Origin: Henriciella sp.
GTDB taxonomy: Bacteria; Pseudomonadota; Alphaproteobacteria; Caulobacterales; Hyphomonadaceae
Length of the DNA stretch: 64,000 nt
NCBI GenBank assembly: GCA_046290585.1
Contig: JBKAGY010000001.1
Coordinates: 2,212,686 to 2,276,685 of the forward strand
Direction of reading: 5' to 3'
Below, piece by piece: positions 31,556-40,696 of the stretch. Within the stretch, counting starts at the first letter, position 1. Every line of letters begins with the position of its first letter. The notes under the pieces are model-generated. The model was given only the letters and a program-made list of their open reading frames with translations, was not told where the DNA came from and did not search any database. The position numbers and the translations under genes are program-made.

Positions 31556-32707
31556 TTATTTTTCTTTCTTCTGAGATTCATCGGGGGTGTTCATCCAATC
31601 CGTGAACTGTTCCCAATCGATCCATGTTTTCTTTTTGCGTCTGAGCTTTTGCCAAAAGCGGCGGCGTTCGGGCGTCGGAAGCGGTTGCAGGTTTTCCAAG
31701 AAGGCGAGGGCAACTGAGCGCCAGCTATAACCCTCTGCATAGGTGCGGCAGGTCTCGCGGTCCAATTCGAGACAAGCCTTCGCGCCCGACGCGAGGTCGC
31801 CGCCAACCGGGGTAATTGTTCCTGCATTTGAACCTGGAATGACGTCTTTCGGACCGGTGGCTTCAAAAGCGGCGACCGGTGTGCCAGAGGCCATAGCTTC
31901 GAGGACAACCAGGCCGAACGTATCGGTGAGGCTTGGAAAAACGAACACATCGGCGCTGGCATAATATTTCGCGAGATCTTCGCCAAACCGGGCGCCCAGG
32001 AAGGTGACTTCTGGATATTTCTTTTTCAGGCTGTCCAGCGCTGGGCCGTCTCCGATCACGACTTTCGATCCCGGCAGGTCCAACTCAACAAAAGCTTCGA
32101 TATTTTTTTCGACGGCGACGCGTCCAACATTTAGGAAGATCGGACGCGGCAGGTTGTTAAATGGATCATCCGTCGTGCCTGCCTCGATCCGGCGCGACGG
32201 GTGGAACAGCTCGGTATCAACGCCGCGGGTCCAAGCGACCAGATTGATGAAACGTTTCTCGCGGAGCTCTTCGACCATGCTCGGCGTCGGCACCATGACT
32301 TTGCCAGAATATTTGTGAAACCAGCGCACAAAGCTGTAACCCGTCGCGGTCGGGATCGGCATCCTGGCCGACACATATTCTGGAAACCGCGTATGATAAG
32401 CGGTCGAGAAGGGGTGTTTGATTTTCAAACACATTTTCCGGCCCGCCATGCCGAGCGTGCCTTCAGTGACAATATGGATGGCATCCGGCTCGAAAGCCTC
32501 AAACCGTTCTTTGATGCGACGCTCAGCAAACAAAGCGAGCTTGATCTCGGGATAGGTCGGCAGGGGCATGGTCTGAAAGCCCTCGCCGGGATGGATCACA
32601 TCAAACTCATGACCTTCGGCTTCCAGCTCAGCGATCACGCGCTGCATGGTGCGAACCACGCCATTCACCTGCGGCTCCCAGGCGTCCGTGACGATCATTA
32701 TGCGCAT
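31556..32707 (-). CDS. GT4 glycosyltransferase, Agt-like glycolipid synthase candidate
   Basis: IVTDAWEPQVNGVVRT, VGRVAVEKNI, FPSLTDTFGLVVLEAMASG. Confidence 0.9.
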   Translation of the reverse strand: MRIMIVTDAWEPQVNGVVRTMQRVIAELEAEGHEFDVIHPGEGFQTMPLPTYPEIKLALFAERRIKERFEAFEPDAIHIVTEGTLGMAGRKMCLKIKHPFSTAYHTRFPEYVSARMPIPTATGYSFVRWFHKYSGKVMVPTPSMVEELREKRFINLVAWTRGVDTELFHPSRRIEAGTTDDPFNNLPRPIFLNVGRVAVEKNIEAFVELDLPGSKVVIGDGPALDSLKKKYPEVTFLGARFGEDLAKYYASADVFVFPSLTDTFGLVVLEAMASGTPVAAFEATGPKDVIPGSNAGTITPVGGDLASGAKACLELDRETCRTYAEGYSWRSVALAFLENLQPLPTPERRRFWQKLRRKKKTWIDWEQFTDWMNTPDESQKKEK

Positions 32708-32809
32708 GTAGCAGCTCCTCGTCGCCCCGTTGACGATTGCATAGAAGTTCTAGGGAGCCGCGCTCGCGGCGTAAAGGCGAGGATGGTCGGGAACTGCATT
32801 CGCTGAGGG

Positions 32810-33259
32810 TTACTCGCTGCTGCAAGGTCGAAAGGCGAAGTCACGAGGCTTACTATCATCGATCTTGGAGATCCTAGCGCGCAGATGAGCGCCGTCTCGA
32901 TAATAGTGAATCTTTTGCGGATAATCGTGCGCGGCATTGGCGAAGGTTACGGATTGAACTTCGATCTCGATGGCCGGAAAAGCGGACGGTCCGGTGCCGC
33001 GCGGATAGGCGTTGAAAGTGGGCGTCTCGCCGGGATCAACGCGCATCTGTTCAAAGAAGACCGCGTGGCCTTCATGATACACAACAGAATAGCCAAACAG
33101 GTAGCCGCCTTCAGACACCGACCAGATCTCTCGCGTGTCCCCTTCTTCACTTTGCCAGCACCCTGTCAGCCAATCCAGTTGATTCGCGTTTTGTGGAGTT
33201 GCGGCGGGCGCCGAGAGGCAAGCCGACAGCAGAAACAAACTTATAGTTGAACGAATCAC
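32810..33259 (-). CDS. Exported DUF6265-like protein
   Basis: Signal peptide; LDWLTGCW, FANAAHDYPQKIHY; GTG 33259 with GGAG upstream. Confidence 0.75.
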   Translation of the reverse strand: MIRSTISLFLLSACLSAPAATPQNANQLDWLTGCWQSEEGDTREIWSVSEGGYLFGYSVVYHEGHAVFFEQMRVDPGETPTFNAYPRGTGPSAFPAIEIEVQSVTFANAAHDYPQKIHYYRDGAHLRARISKIDDSKPRDFAFRPCSSE

Positions 33260-33353
33260 TTGGCGGCCGCTCCTGTCTAAATCCGAGGGTCTCCGCAGAG
33301 TATTCAGGGCGCCGACCAGTGCAATCGCTATATGCCGGGCCTTCGAACCGTGC

Positions 33354-33373
33354 ACCTACTAGATGTAGTAGGT
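33354..33373. promoter_or_regulatory. 20-bp palindrome, NrdR-box-like core
   Basis: ACCTACTA-GATG-TAGTAGGT; core is 10/16 to acaCwAtATaTwGtgt. Confidence 0.4.
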
Positions 33374-33524
33374 GGTGGTTTCGTCTTCGTCTGATTGTGT
33401 CGTGAATCCCAAGATCGCTACACGCGTGGTTCGTTAAAAAATTCAAGCCGTTTGGTAAGGAATTTTTTTTCAAAGAAAGCAGTGCCCTTGCAGCCCCAAT
33501 TGGGACGGGCGTGGGGGCGATGAA

Positions 33525-33540
33525 TTAACTTCTCATTAAC
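33525..33540 (+). promoter_or_regulatory. CtrA-type binding site
   Basis: Exact TTAA-N7-TTAAC (TTAACTTCTCATTAAC); second near-site TTGA-N7-TTAAC at 33583-33598. Confidence 0.6.
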
Positions 33541-33543
33541 CAC

Positions 33544-33552
33544 TTATCCACC
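33544..33552 (+). promoter_or_regulatory. DnaA-box-like site
   Basis: TTATCCACC, 8/9 to TTATCCACA. Confidence 0.4.
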
Positions 33553-33605
33553 GCCAAAATGACGTTTTTGAGACGCCCGCTGTTGACCTCTCATTAACCT
33601 TGGAG

Positions 33606-33652
33606 GCACAATATGTTGTGTGAGGGCTGATTTGAAACACCGTATATGGCGG
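33606..33652 (+). promoter_or_regulatory. Tandem NrdR boxes upstream of nrdA
   Basis: GCACAATATGTTGTGT (14/16) at 33606 and ACACCGTATATGGCGG (11/16) at 33637; 31-bp offset. Confidence 0.75.
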
Positions 33653-33704
33653 TTTTCTGATTAATACCTATATGTGACGGGCCTTATGCAAGGGGTAAGA
33701 GACT

Positions 33705-35567
33705 ATGGCAGGCACTAATAACGCGACGATCGCAAAACAGGCTAAATCTAAGGACGTGCAATCCGGCGCGCCAGAATTGCGAGTCGTACCGAGCGTTAAG
33801 ATCGACCGGTCTCGCGACGCGCTGCTCACCGAGTTCGGAAAAGTTACCCTTGAGGACCGCTATTTGCTGCCTGGAGAATCTTATCAGGACATGTTTGCAC
33901 GTGTGTCTGAGGCCTTCGCGGACGACGCTGATCATGCCCAACGTCTCTATGATTATATGTCGAAACTTTGGTTCATGCCGGCGACGCCTGTCCTGTCAAA
34001 TGGCGGCGCAGACCGCGGCCTGCCCATCTCTTGCTTCCTGAACCAAGTCGGCGACAGCTTGGACGATATTGTCGGCACTTGGACTGAGAATGTTTGGCTC
34101 GCGTCTAATGGCGGCGGCATCGGCACCTATTGGGGCAATGTTCGCTCGATCGGTGAGAAAGTCGGCAATAGCGGCCAAACCAGCGGCATCATTCCCTTCA
34201 TTCGCGTGATGGACTCTTTGACCCTGGCGATTAGCCAAGGCTCACTGCGCCGCGGTTCCGCGGCGTGCTATTTGGACGTCCACCACCCGGAAATCGAAGA
34301 GTTCCTGGAAGTCCGTAAGCCCTCTGGCGACTTCAACCGGAAATCTCTGAACCTGCACCACGGCATCAATATCACCGATGCGTTCATGGAAGCGGTGAAG
34401 AATGATGAAGAGTTTGAGCTCTTGTCTCCGAAATCAGGTGAGCCGCTGCGCAAAGTGAATGCGCGTAAGATTTGGCAGAAAATTCTCGAGCTGCGTATTC
34501 AAACCGGCGAGCCATACTTGCTGTTCACTGACACCGTGAACAATGCGATGCCGGCCCACCAGCGCCAGCTTGGCCTGAAAGTGACGCAATCTAATCTCTG
34601 CTCCGAGATTACGCTGCCAACTGGCGTCGATCATCATGGTGAAGATCGTACAGCGGTTTGCTGCCTGTCTTCGATTAATGCAGAGAAATTCTTTGAGTGG
34701 AGCAAAGACGAGCTCTTCCTCGAAGACGTTTATCGCTTCCTGGATAATGTGCTTCAAGACTTTATCGATCGCGCGCCACCAGAAATGGCCCGCGCGGTAT
34801 ATTCTGCAAAGCGCGAACGTTCTGTCGGGCTCGGCCTAATGGGCTTCCACTCTTTCCTCCAATCGCTCAATCTCCCGATGGAGAGCGCGATGGCGAAAGT
34901 TTGGAATGAGAAACTGTTCAAACATATTCGCCAAGGCGCTGATGCGGCGTCGGTCAAGCTCGCCAAAGAGCGCGGGCCTTGTGAAGATGCTGCCGAAGCT
35001 GGCATGATGGCGCGTTTCAGCCACAAAATGGCGGTCGCGCCGACGGCCTCAATCTCGATCATTTGTGGCGGCACCAGCGCCGGCATCGAGCCAATCCCGG
35101 CCAATGTTTACACGCATAAGACGCTGTCCGGGTCGTTCACGGTCAAGAATAAGTATCTTGAGCAAATGCTAGAGGAAAAAGGTCAGAACACAGATGAGGT
35201 GTGGACCTCTATTCTCGAACATGAAGGATCGGTTCAGCACTTGGATTGCTTGGACGAGCACGAGAAATCGACATTTAAGACCGCGTTTGAAATTGATCAG
35301 CGCTGGATCATTGAACATGCGGCCGATCGCACGCCTTATATTTGTCAGGCGCAGTCGCTGAACGTATTCCTTCCGGCCGACATCAATAAGTGGGACCTGC
35401 ACATGCTGCACTGGACAGCTTGGGAGCGTGGTGTGAAGTCGCTTTATTATTGTCGCTCTAAGTCCGTGCAGCGCGCGAGTTTCGCCGGGGCGGACGAAAA
35501 AGAAGCCAGTATGAGCGGGATGGATGTTCCGAATACCGACTATGACGAGTGCCTCGCCTGTCAGTAA
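33705..35567 (+). CDS. nrdA: Class I ribonucleotide reductase alpha subunit (620 aa, no evident ATP cone)
   Basis: MPATPVLSNGG, PISCFL, QSNLCSEI, AVAPTASIS, C-terminal ECLACQ. Confidence 0.97.
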   Translation: MAGTNNATIAKQAKSKDVQSGAPELRVVPSVKIDRSRDALLTEFGKVTLEDRYLLPGESYQDMFARVSEAFADDADHAQRLYDYMSKLWFMPATPVLSNGGADRGLPISCFLNQVGDSLDDIVGTWTENVWLASNGGGIGTYWGNVRSIGEKVGNSGQTSGIIPFIRVMDSLTLAISQGSLRRGSAACYLDVHHPEIEEFLEVRKPSGDFNRKSLNLHHGINITDAFMEAVKNDEEFELLSPKSGEPLRKVNARKIWQKILELRIQTGEPYLLFTDTVNNAMPAHQRQLGLKVTQSNLCSEITLPTGVDHHGEDRTAVCCLSSINAEKFFEWSKDELFLEDVYRFLDNVLQDFIDRAPPEMARAVYSAKRERSVGLGLMGFHSFLQSLNLPMESAMAKVWNEKLFKHIRQGADAASVKLAKERGPCEDAAEAGMMARFSHKMAVAPTASISIICGGTSAGIEPIPANVYTHKTLSGSFTVKNKYLEQMLEEKGQNTDEVWTSILEHEGSVQHLDCLDEHEKSTFKTAFEIDQRWIIEHAADRTPYICQAQSLNVFLPADINKWDLHMLHWTAWERGVKSLYYCRSKSVQRASFAGADEKEASMSGMDVPNTDYDECLACQ

Positions 35568-35587
35568 ACGAGCTCAATTAATCAATC

Positions 35588-35616
35588 AAAACCCCGTCAA
35601 TTTGGCGGGGTTTTTT
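35588..35616 (+). terminator. Intrinsic terminator after nrdA
   Basis: AAAACCCCGTCA-ATT-TGGCGGGGTTTTTT. Confidence 0.85.
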
Positions 35617-35920
35617 CGTTTTAGGCGCCTACTTGAGACGAAAACAGCTCTGTTTTCGCTCTCCAATAATGTGTTCTTCGGGCGACTTTAGCCCAAAAAC
35701 GCGCAAATTTTCGGCAAAAATGAAGATTAAACTGGCCTGAGTTAACATTGTTTCACGGGTCAAGTTGGACCCAGATGGCTAATAAATACGGGCATGATCA
35801 CGTTTCTGTGATCCGCAAAAGCTTAATAGAGAGGCGCGCAATCGGATTTTGGGACGTCAAACGTTCATGTTAAGGTAAGGATGATCAGTCAGCTTCTTAG
35901 GGGACCACGGAGCTGACACG

Positions 35921-36721
35921 ATGAGAGGCTTGAGAAGAATGATTATTGCAGGCACATCTTTGATGGCCGCGATGGCATGTCAGACCTGTATTCACGCGCA
36001 AGTGAATTCGGGACCTCAAATCGATGATGAAACTATTCTGGCCGCCAGTCGCGCCCTCGGACAACGCTCTCAGACTCGCGTCAATCTCGTCTATTCGGGA
36101 ACCTTCGCAAAAACCGAAACGACGCGGCATTTCGGCTTTCAACTGCCAAAAGACACTGATCTCGGATTTAAGTTTGATAGTAGCAAACCTTTGAACTCGC
36201 GGCGGCTCTACTCTGGGGCTATTATGACGGACGTGGCGGCTGATCGGGCAGAGGCTAATCTCTCGCCTGTGCCGCGCGAACAGAGACGTTTGACCGCGGA
36301 AATCGCGCTGTCTGCGTCCTCTGAACAAACGGGCCTGGGCTTTGACGTTGGCATCGCGCCACGTGTCGAAATCACGCGTGATGGACAGTTTGCGTCTCGC
36401 CGGTTCGGGGGTGAGGTGCGCATCGGTCAGAACTTCGACAAGCGCGGCGAGCCAACCAATTCAAGCTGGTATCTGTTCGCAGGCGCCGATGGCGAAGCGT
36501 TGGTCTGGGAGCCGGATGAGCAGGGGCTTGTGGCTGTTGGAGCTATGGCGCTTCGGGACAAGGTGACCGTCGGCGATGTTCAAGCCGGCGTGACGATTGA
36601 GCGAGGCTTGGGCCAGATTTCTTTCAGCTATATTCGGCGTGAAGTCGAATATCGGGAGCGAAATCTCGGCGCCAATGAAAATCAGGACTTCGCGGGAGTG
36701 AGCTTTACCATTAAGCGCTGA
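35921..36721 (+). CDS. Exported/outer-membrane protein with LpxR-like C-terminal beta strands
   Basis: Signal peptide; WYLFAGADG, VGDVQAGV, ISFSYIRRE, final amphipathic strand FAGVSFTIKR. Confidence 0.7.
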   Translation: MRGLRRMIIAGTSLMAAMACQTCIHAQVNSGPQIDDETILAASRALGQRSQTRVNLVYSGTFAKTETTRHFGFQLPKDTDLGFKFDSSKPLNSRRLYSGAIMTDVAADRAEANLSPVPREQRRLTAEIALSASSEQTGLGFDVGIAPRVEITRDGQFASRRFGGEVRIGQNFDKRGEPTNSSWYLFAGADGEALVWEPDEQGLVAVGAMALRDKVTVGDVQAGVTIERGLGQISFSYIRREVEYRERNLGANENQDFAGVSFTIKR

Positions 36722-36725
36722 GCGC

Positions 36726-37760
36726 ATGGTTGCTCAAAGATGTATAGGAGCCGCCAGTCTGGCGGCTTTTTTTATGACCGCCGCTGGCGCGCAAGAGACA
36801 GTTAATCCGGCTTTAGAGCCGCCGCAGCCGGTTGGCGTTTGGTCTCTGACCTCTGAAAACGATCTGTTCGGCGGTACCGATCGAAACTATTCCAATGGGC
36901 TTCGCATAGAGCGCGTGCGACCGGCCAATAAAGTAACCCCGGGTTTGAATTGGGTCGCCAATCGCATTCCCTTCTTAGATCTCGACCGAACCGAATTGCG
37001 GCAAGGCTTCGCGCTCTCACACACGATTTTTACGCCCGAAGATATTGAAGCGCCGGTGCCAGATCCGGAAGACCGGCCTTATGCGGCGTGGCTCTATGCG
37101 TCTGGAACGGTGGTCGGCACGACACGACTGGGGCCGGGCGAGATGGTACAGGATGTCTTGCAGGTCAATCTCGGCGTGGTCGGCCCCTCTGCTGGCGGGC
37201 AATTTGTGCAAGAGAATTGGCATGATTTGATCCAGGCGGTCGAACCGCGAGGCTGGGACTCGCAACTCAAAGACGAGTTTGGGATCGAGATTACGGCCCA
37301 GCGGATGCGGCAGTTTGAGGGGCCAGATCTGCCTTTAGGACTAGAAACAGATTACGCTCTGCATGGCGGGGCCACGCTGGGCAATGTTCGCACCTATGCC
37401 TCGATTGGCGGAATGGCTCGGGTGGGTTGGGATCTGTCCTCTGATTTTGGACCTCCGCGCATTCGGCCCGCGCTTGCCGGGGCCGGTGTGTTTCGTCCGG
37501 GCCGACCCTTCGGCGGATATGTCTTTGCGGGCGTTGAAGGTCGCGCCATTGCCCGCGATATGTTCCTAGATGGCAATCTCTTCCGCGACAGTGCGCGGGT
37601 CGAAGACCGAAGAGACTATGGCGCCGATCTGCAATTTGGTGTCGCGCTACATCAAGGCGATGTGCAGCTCGCCTTCACCTATGTTCACCGAACCGAAGAG
37701 TTCGTCGCGCAAAGCGGACCTCAACGTTTCGGGGCTGTGTCGGTATCGATTGCGCGTTGA
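36726..37760 (+). CDS. Lipid A deacylase LpxR family (DUF2219) outer-membrane protein
   Basis: SENDLFGGTDRNYSNG, HTIFTP, DRPYAAWLY, LGVVGPSAGG, GWDSQL, FLDGN. Confidence 0.9.
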   Translation: MVAQRCIGAASLAAFFMTAAGAQETVNPALEPPQPVGVWSLTSENDLFGGTDRNYSNGLRIERVRPANKVTPGLNWVANRIPFLDLDRTELRQGFALSHTIFTPEDIEAPVPDPEDRPYAAWLYASGTVVGTTRLGPGEMVQDVLQVNLGVVGPSAGGQFVQENWHDLIQAVEPRGWDSQLKDEFGIEITAQRMRQFEGPDLPLGLETDYALHGGATLGNVRTYASIGGMARVGWDLSSDFGPPRIRPALAGAGVFRPGRPFGGYVFAGVEGRAIARDMFLDGNLFRDSARVEDRRDYGADLQFGVALHQGDVQLAFTYVHRTEEFVAQSGPQRFGAVSVSIAR

Positions 37761-37762
37761 AT

Positions 37763-38965
37763 TCAACGGCCCATTTTGAGGTTCTGCTTGAGGGCTGATT
37801 TCCTCCAAAACGGTTCGCCGTTGAAAGCGAAGGTCAGCAGCTTTGACCGGGCGATAAGCCAGGCTGCAACAAAGCTCAGTGCATATGTGAGCAATACCGC
37901 TAGGAGAAACTCGATCGTCGGGTCCCAAGATACGAAAATGAGATAGTATCCGAGCAGGTTGCAAATGGGATAGTGCACCAGATAGACGGTATAAGAGTAT
38001 TTTGAGATGGCTTTTACGGTGGGATTAGGTTTGCCGATTTTATCGGCCAAATATCCGAATAAGAACAGCGCGATACCCGTTCCCAAACCACTTGATATGA
38101 GTTTTCGAACGATCCCCCAAACGGAATTATCAATACCCGCGCCGAGGACAAACACGGTAAACATTGTCGCCAAGACCCATACGCGCAGCGGGGTCGCGCG
38201 AAACAGGGTTGATCTTAGCTCTTCGCTGGCACCGAGCAGCAAGCCCAACATGAAAATTGGGAAGTAGGAAAATAGTGTATCTGCGTTGAGGAGAGCGATA
38301 ATGGTGGGTTCAAATCCTAAGAATGATTTGAATAGATAGAAGGCTGCTTTGACGCCAAAGCTCCACAAGCTGATGGTGACCACAACCGTCCACCAGGTCG
38401 ACACTTTTCTATCTAAGTCGACCAGCATTTTCGCAGTGTTGTTCAGCCACGGCATCAAAACGCCCTTGGCAAAACCCCACCACGCGATCAGCGTAAAAAT
38501 TCCGAGTGTTGATAAGAACCAAAGGTGTCCGATCCAACGGCGATCAACAATGGAAAAGTCTCTGCTCAGATCCCCCAAAAATGAGGTTGTCTCAGTTGCT
38601 TTTGCCGCCGCAGCCAAGCTGGCCGCGTAAATCGTAATCGGGCTCAGGATCAAAATCCCAAAGAAAAGAGGAACGGCGATCCTAAGAAGCCGTCCGCGCG
38701 CCCAATCGTCATAACTTCTTTTGCGCAGGAGGAAGATTGAAAGGATCGAGGAGATCATGAAGAAACCAGGCATCGAAAAGACTGGAATCGCCGATAGAAT
38801 CGGCGCCAGCCAGCTCGACTCCGGCGATGAGACAATCCAATCTGCCACGGGATTGTAGACATGCGCGATGTGCACCAAGACAATCAGCAGCAGCATGACT
38901 GCTCTTAATAAATCAAAATGATGGAGCCGTTGAGTGGCCGTGTTTGCTGTCGTCAAAGTGTTCAT
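37763..38965 (-). CDS. Acyltransferase-3 family (OpgC/MdoC-like) membrane acyltransferase
   Basis: FDLLRA, FSMPGFFMIS, RLLRIAVPL, GHLWFL, SYTVYLVHYP; about 10 TM. Confidence 0.88.
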   Translation of the reverse strand: MNTLTTANTATQRLHHFDLLRAVMLLLIVLVHIAHVYNPVADWIVSSPESSWLAPILSAIPVFSMPGFFMISSILSIFLLRKRSYDDWARGRLLRIAVPLFFGILILSPITIYAASLAAAAKATETTSFLGDLSRDFSIVDRRWIGHLWFLSTLGIFTLIAWWGFAKGVLMPWLNNTAKMLVDLDRKVSTWWTVVVTISLWSFGVKAAFYLFKSFLGFEPTIIALLNADTLFSYFPIFMLGLLLGASEELRSTLFRATPLRVWVLATMFTVFVLGAGIDNSVWGIVRKLISSGLGTGIALFLFGYLADKIGKPNPTVKAISKYSYTVYLVHYPICNLLGYYLIFVSWDPTIEFLLAVLLTYALSFVAAWLIARSKLLTFAFNGEPFWRKSALKQNLKMGR

Positions 38966-39087
38966 CCCCGTCCTGCAGACGCCGGATCGACTCGCAAACA
39001 CCATGCCATTGCTCATGGAACAGGCCTGATTCGAGGTTAACATTCACTTTCTTGTGGGCAGGCTGTGGAGAAGTGCCGCAGATCATC

Positions 39088-39135
39088 AGGATACATCTTG
39101 CGTGCGGTAACGGATTTAGACACTATATGTAGTGT
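39088..39135 (+). promoter_or_regulatory. Tandem NrdR boxes upstream of nrdB
   Basis: ACACTATATGTAGTGT (15/16) at 39120; weaker AGGATACATCTTGCGT (10/16) at 39088, 32-bp offset. Confidence 0.75.
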
Positions 39136-39159
39136 GATAGACATTTAAGGGGTTTGAGC

Positions 39160-40188
39160 ATGGCCGATGGTATGGCGAAACTTCCGGGACTTTTAACACC
39201 GTCCCATTCTTACAAGCCGTTCCGCTATGCGTGGGCGTATGATTTTTGGAAATTGCAGCAACAGGTGCACTGGCTGCCCGAAGAGGTGCCGCTCGGCGAA
39301 GATTGCAAAGACTGGGTCAACAAGCTCAATGATAAAGAGCGCAATCTGCTGACTCAGATTTTCCGCTTCTTCACCCAGTCAGACGTCGAAGTCGGCGCCA
39401 ATTATATGGAAAACTATATGCCGCTATTTAAGCCGGTAGAGGTCCGTATGATGCTGGCAGCGTTCTCCAATATGGAGACCGTGCACATCGCCGCTTATGC
39501 GCTTTTACTTGAGACGATCGGCATGCCAGATTCTGAGTTCTCGGCCTTCATGGAATATGAGGAAATGGCCGCGAAGCATGATTATCTCGGCCAGTTCGGC
39601 ACCGAGACCGAGGAAGACATCCTCACCTCTATGGCGGTGTTTGGCGGCTTTACAGAAGGCCTGCAATTGTTCGCCTCCTTCGCGATGCTGATGAACTTCC
39701 CACGCTTCAATAAAATGAAGGGGATGGGCCAAATCGTGTCTTGGTCAGTGCGCGATGAGTCGCTGCATTGTGAGGGCATGATGAAAATGTTCCACACATT
39801 CGCCGCAGAAACGGGCGCGCTGAACACACGCGTGAAAAACCGCATCCGCGAAGCCTGCGAAACTGTGGTGCAGCTAGAAGATAAGTTCATCGAACTGGCT
39901 TTCGAAGCCGGCGAAGTTGAAGGCATGACGCCAACCGATATTCAGCAATATATCCGCTACATCGCCGATTGGCGTATGGGCCAGCTAAAGCTCGATCCGA
40001 TTTATGGCGTCGAGAAACACCCGATTCCGTGGCTGACTGAGATCCTCAACGGCGTCGAGCATGCCAACTTCTTCGAAGCCCGCGCGACGGAATATTCAAA
40101 AGGCGCCACGCAAGGCGACTGGCATGGCGATAGCGGCGTTTGGTCAATGTTCGACAAGCGCAAGCCGCAGACAGTGCTGACAGGCTAG
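39160..40188 (+). CDS. nrdB: Class Ia ribonucleotide reductase beta subunit
   Basis: HWLPEEV, FFTQSDVEV, METVHIAAY (radical Tyr), FTEG, RDESLH, NFFE. Confidence 0.97.
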   Translation: MADGMAKLPGLLTPSHSYKPFRYAWAYDFWKLQQQVHWLPEEVPLGEDCKDWVNKLNDKERNLLTQIFRFFTQSDVEVGANYMENYMPLFKPVEVRMMLAAFSNMETVHIAAYALLLETIGMPDSEFSAFMEYEEMAAKHDYLGQFGTETEEDILTSMAVFGGFTEGLQLFASFAMLMNFPRFNKMKGMGQIVSWSVRDESLHCEGMMKMFHTFAAETGALNTRVKNRIREACETVVQLEDKFIELAFEAGEVEGMTPTDIQQYIRYIADWRMGQLKLDPIYGVEKHPIPWLTEILNGVEHANFFEARATEYSKGATQGDWHGDSGVWSMFDKRKPQTVLTG

Positions 40189-40212
40189 CCGGAAAGGCAA
40201 CCGCAAACTTCC

Positions 40213-40241
40213 AAAGGCGCGGCTGGACAGTCGCGCCTTTT
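40213..40241 (+). terminator. Intrinsic terminator after nrdB
   Basis: AAAGGCGCGGCTG-GA-CAGTCGCGCCTTTT. Confidence 0.75.
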
Positions 40242-40276
40242 CTGTGTCTGCTACGCCCCAGATGAGGGAGACGAAA

Positions 40277-40696
40277 ATGCGTAAAATTCTGATTGGAGCA
40301 GCCGGCTTTTTGGTTCTGACCGCGTGTGGCGATAGCGCCGAAGTATCGCTCAATAAGACCTGCAATGCGGTGATGGCTGATCCGGATGTGCAGCGGGATA
40401 TTTTGGAAGCGAGCATCTCAGCTGAAGACTATTGTGCCTGCACAAGCAAGCAAATCTTAGCCTTACCAGACACGGCCCGCGACACCGCCATTTCCACTTT
40501 AGAGTCGATGGAAACACTAATGGCGGAGCATAATGGATCTGCAGAAGCCGCGTTCCGAGCACTATCTGAGGCGCGACGCGCGGATGATGCGACGCCTGAA
40601 GCCGAGGCGGCTTATAAGAGAATGGATGATCTCGGCGAACAGCTCGAAGACTATCTCGATCTTATGCGCGCCGCGGGCGGCGCCTGTCCCATTTAG
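40277..40696 (+). CDS. Hypothetical lipoprotein
   Basis: [17 protein letters not shown] lipobox; SD GAGGGAG. Confidence 0.75.
   Translation: MRKILIGAAGFLVLTACGDSAEVSLNKTCNAVMADPDVQRDILEASISAEDYCACTSKQILALPDTARDTAISTLESMETLMAEHNGSAEAAFRALSEARRADDATPEAEAAYKRMDDLGEQLEDYLDLMRAAGGACPI

Noticed and set aside
35727-35746. CtrA box upstream of the LpxR-like pair
   Set aside because: The TTAA half-sites are 11 nt apart, not 7
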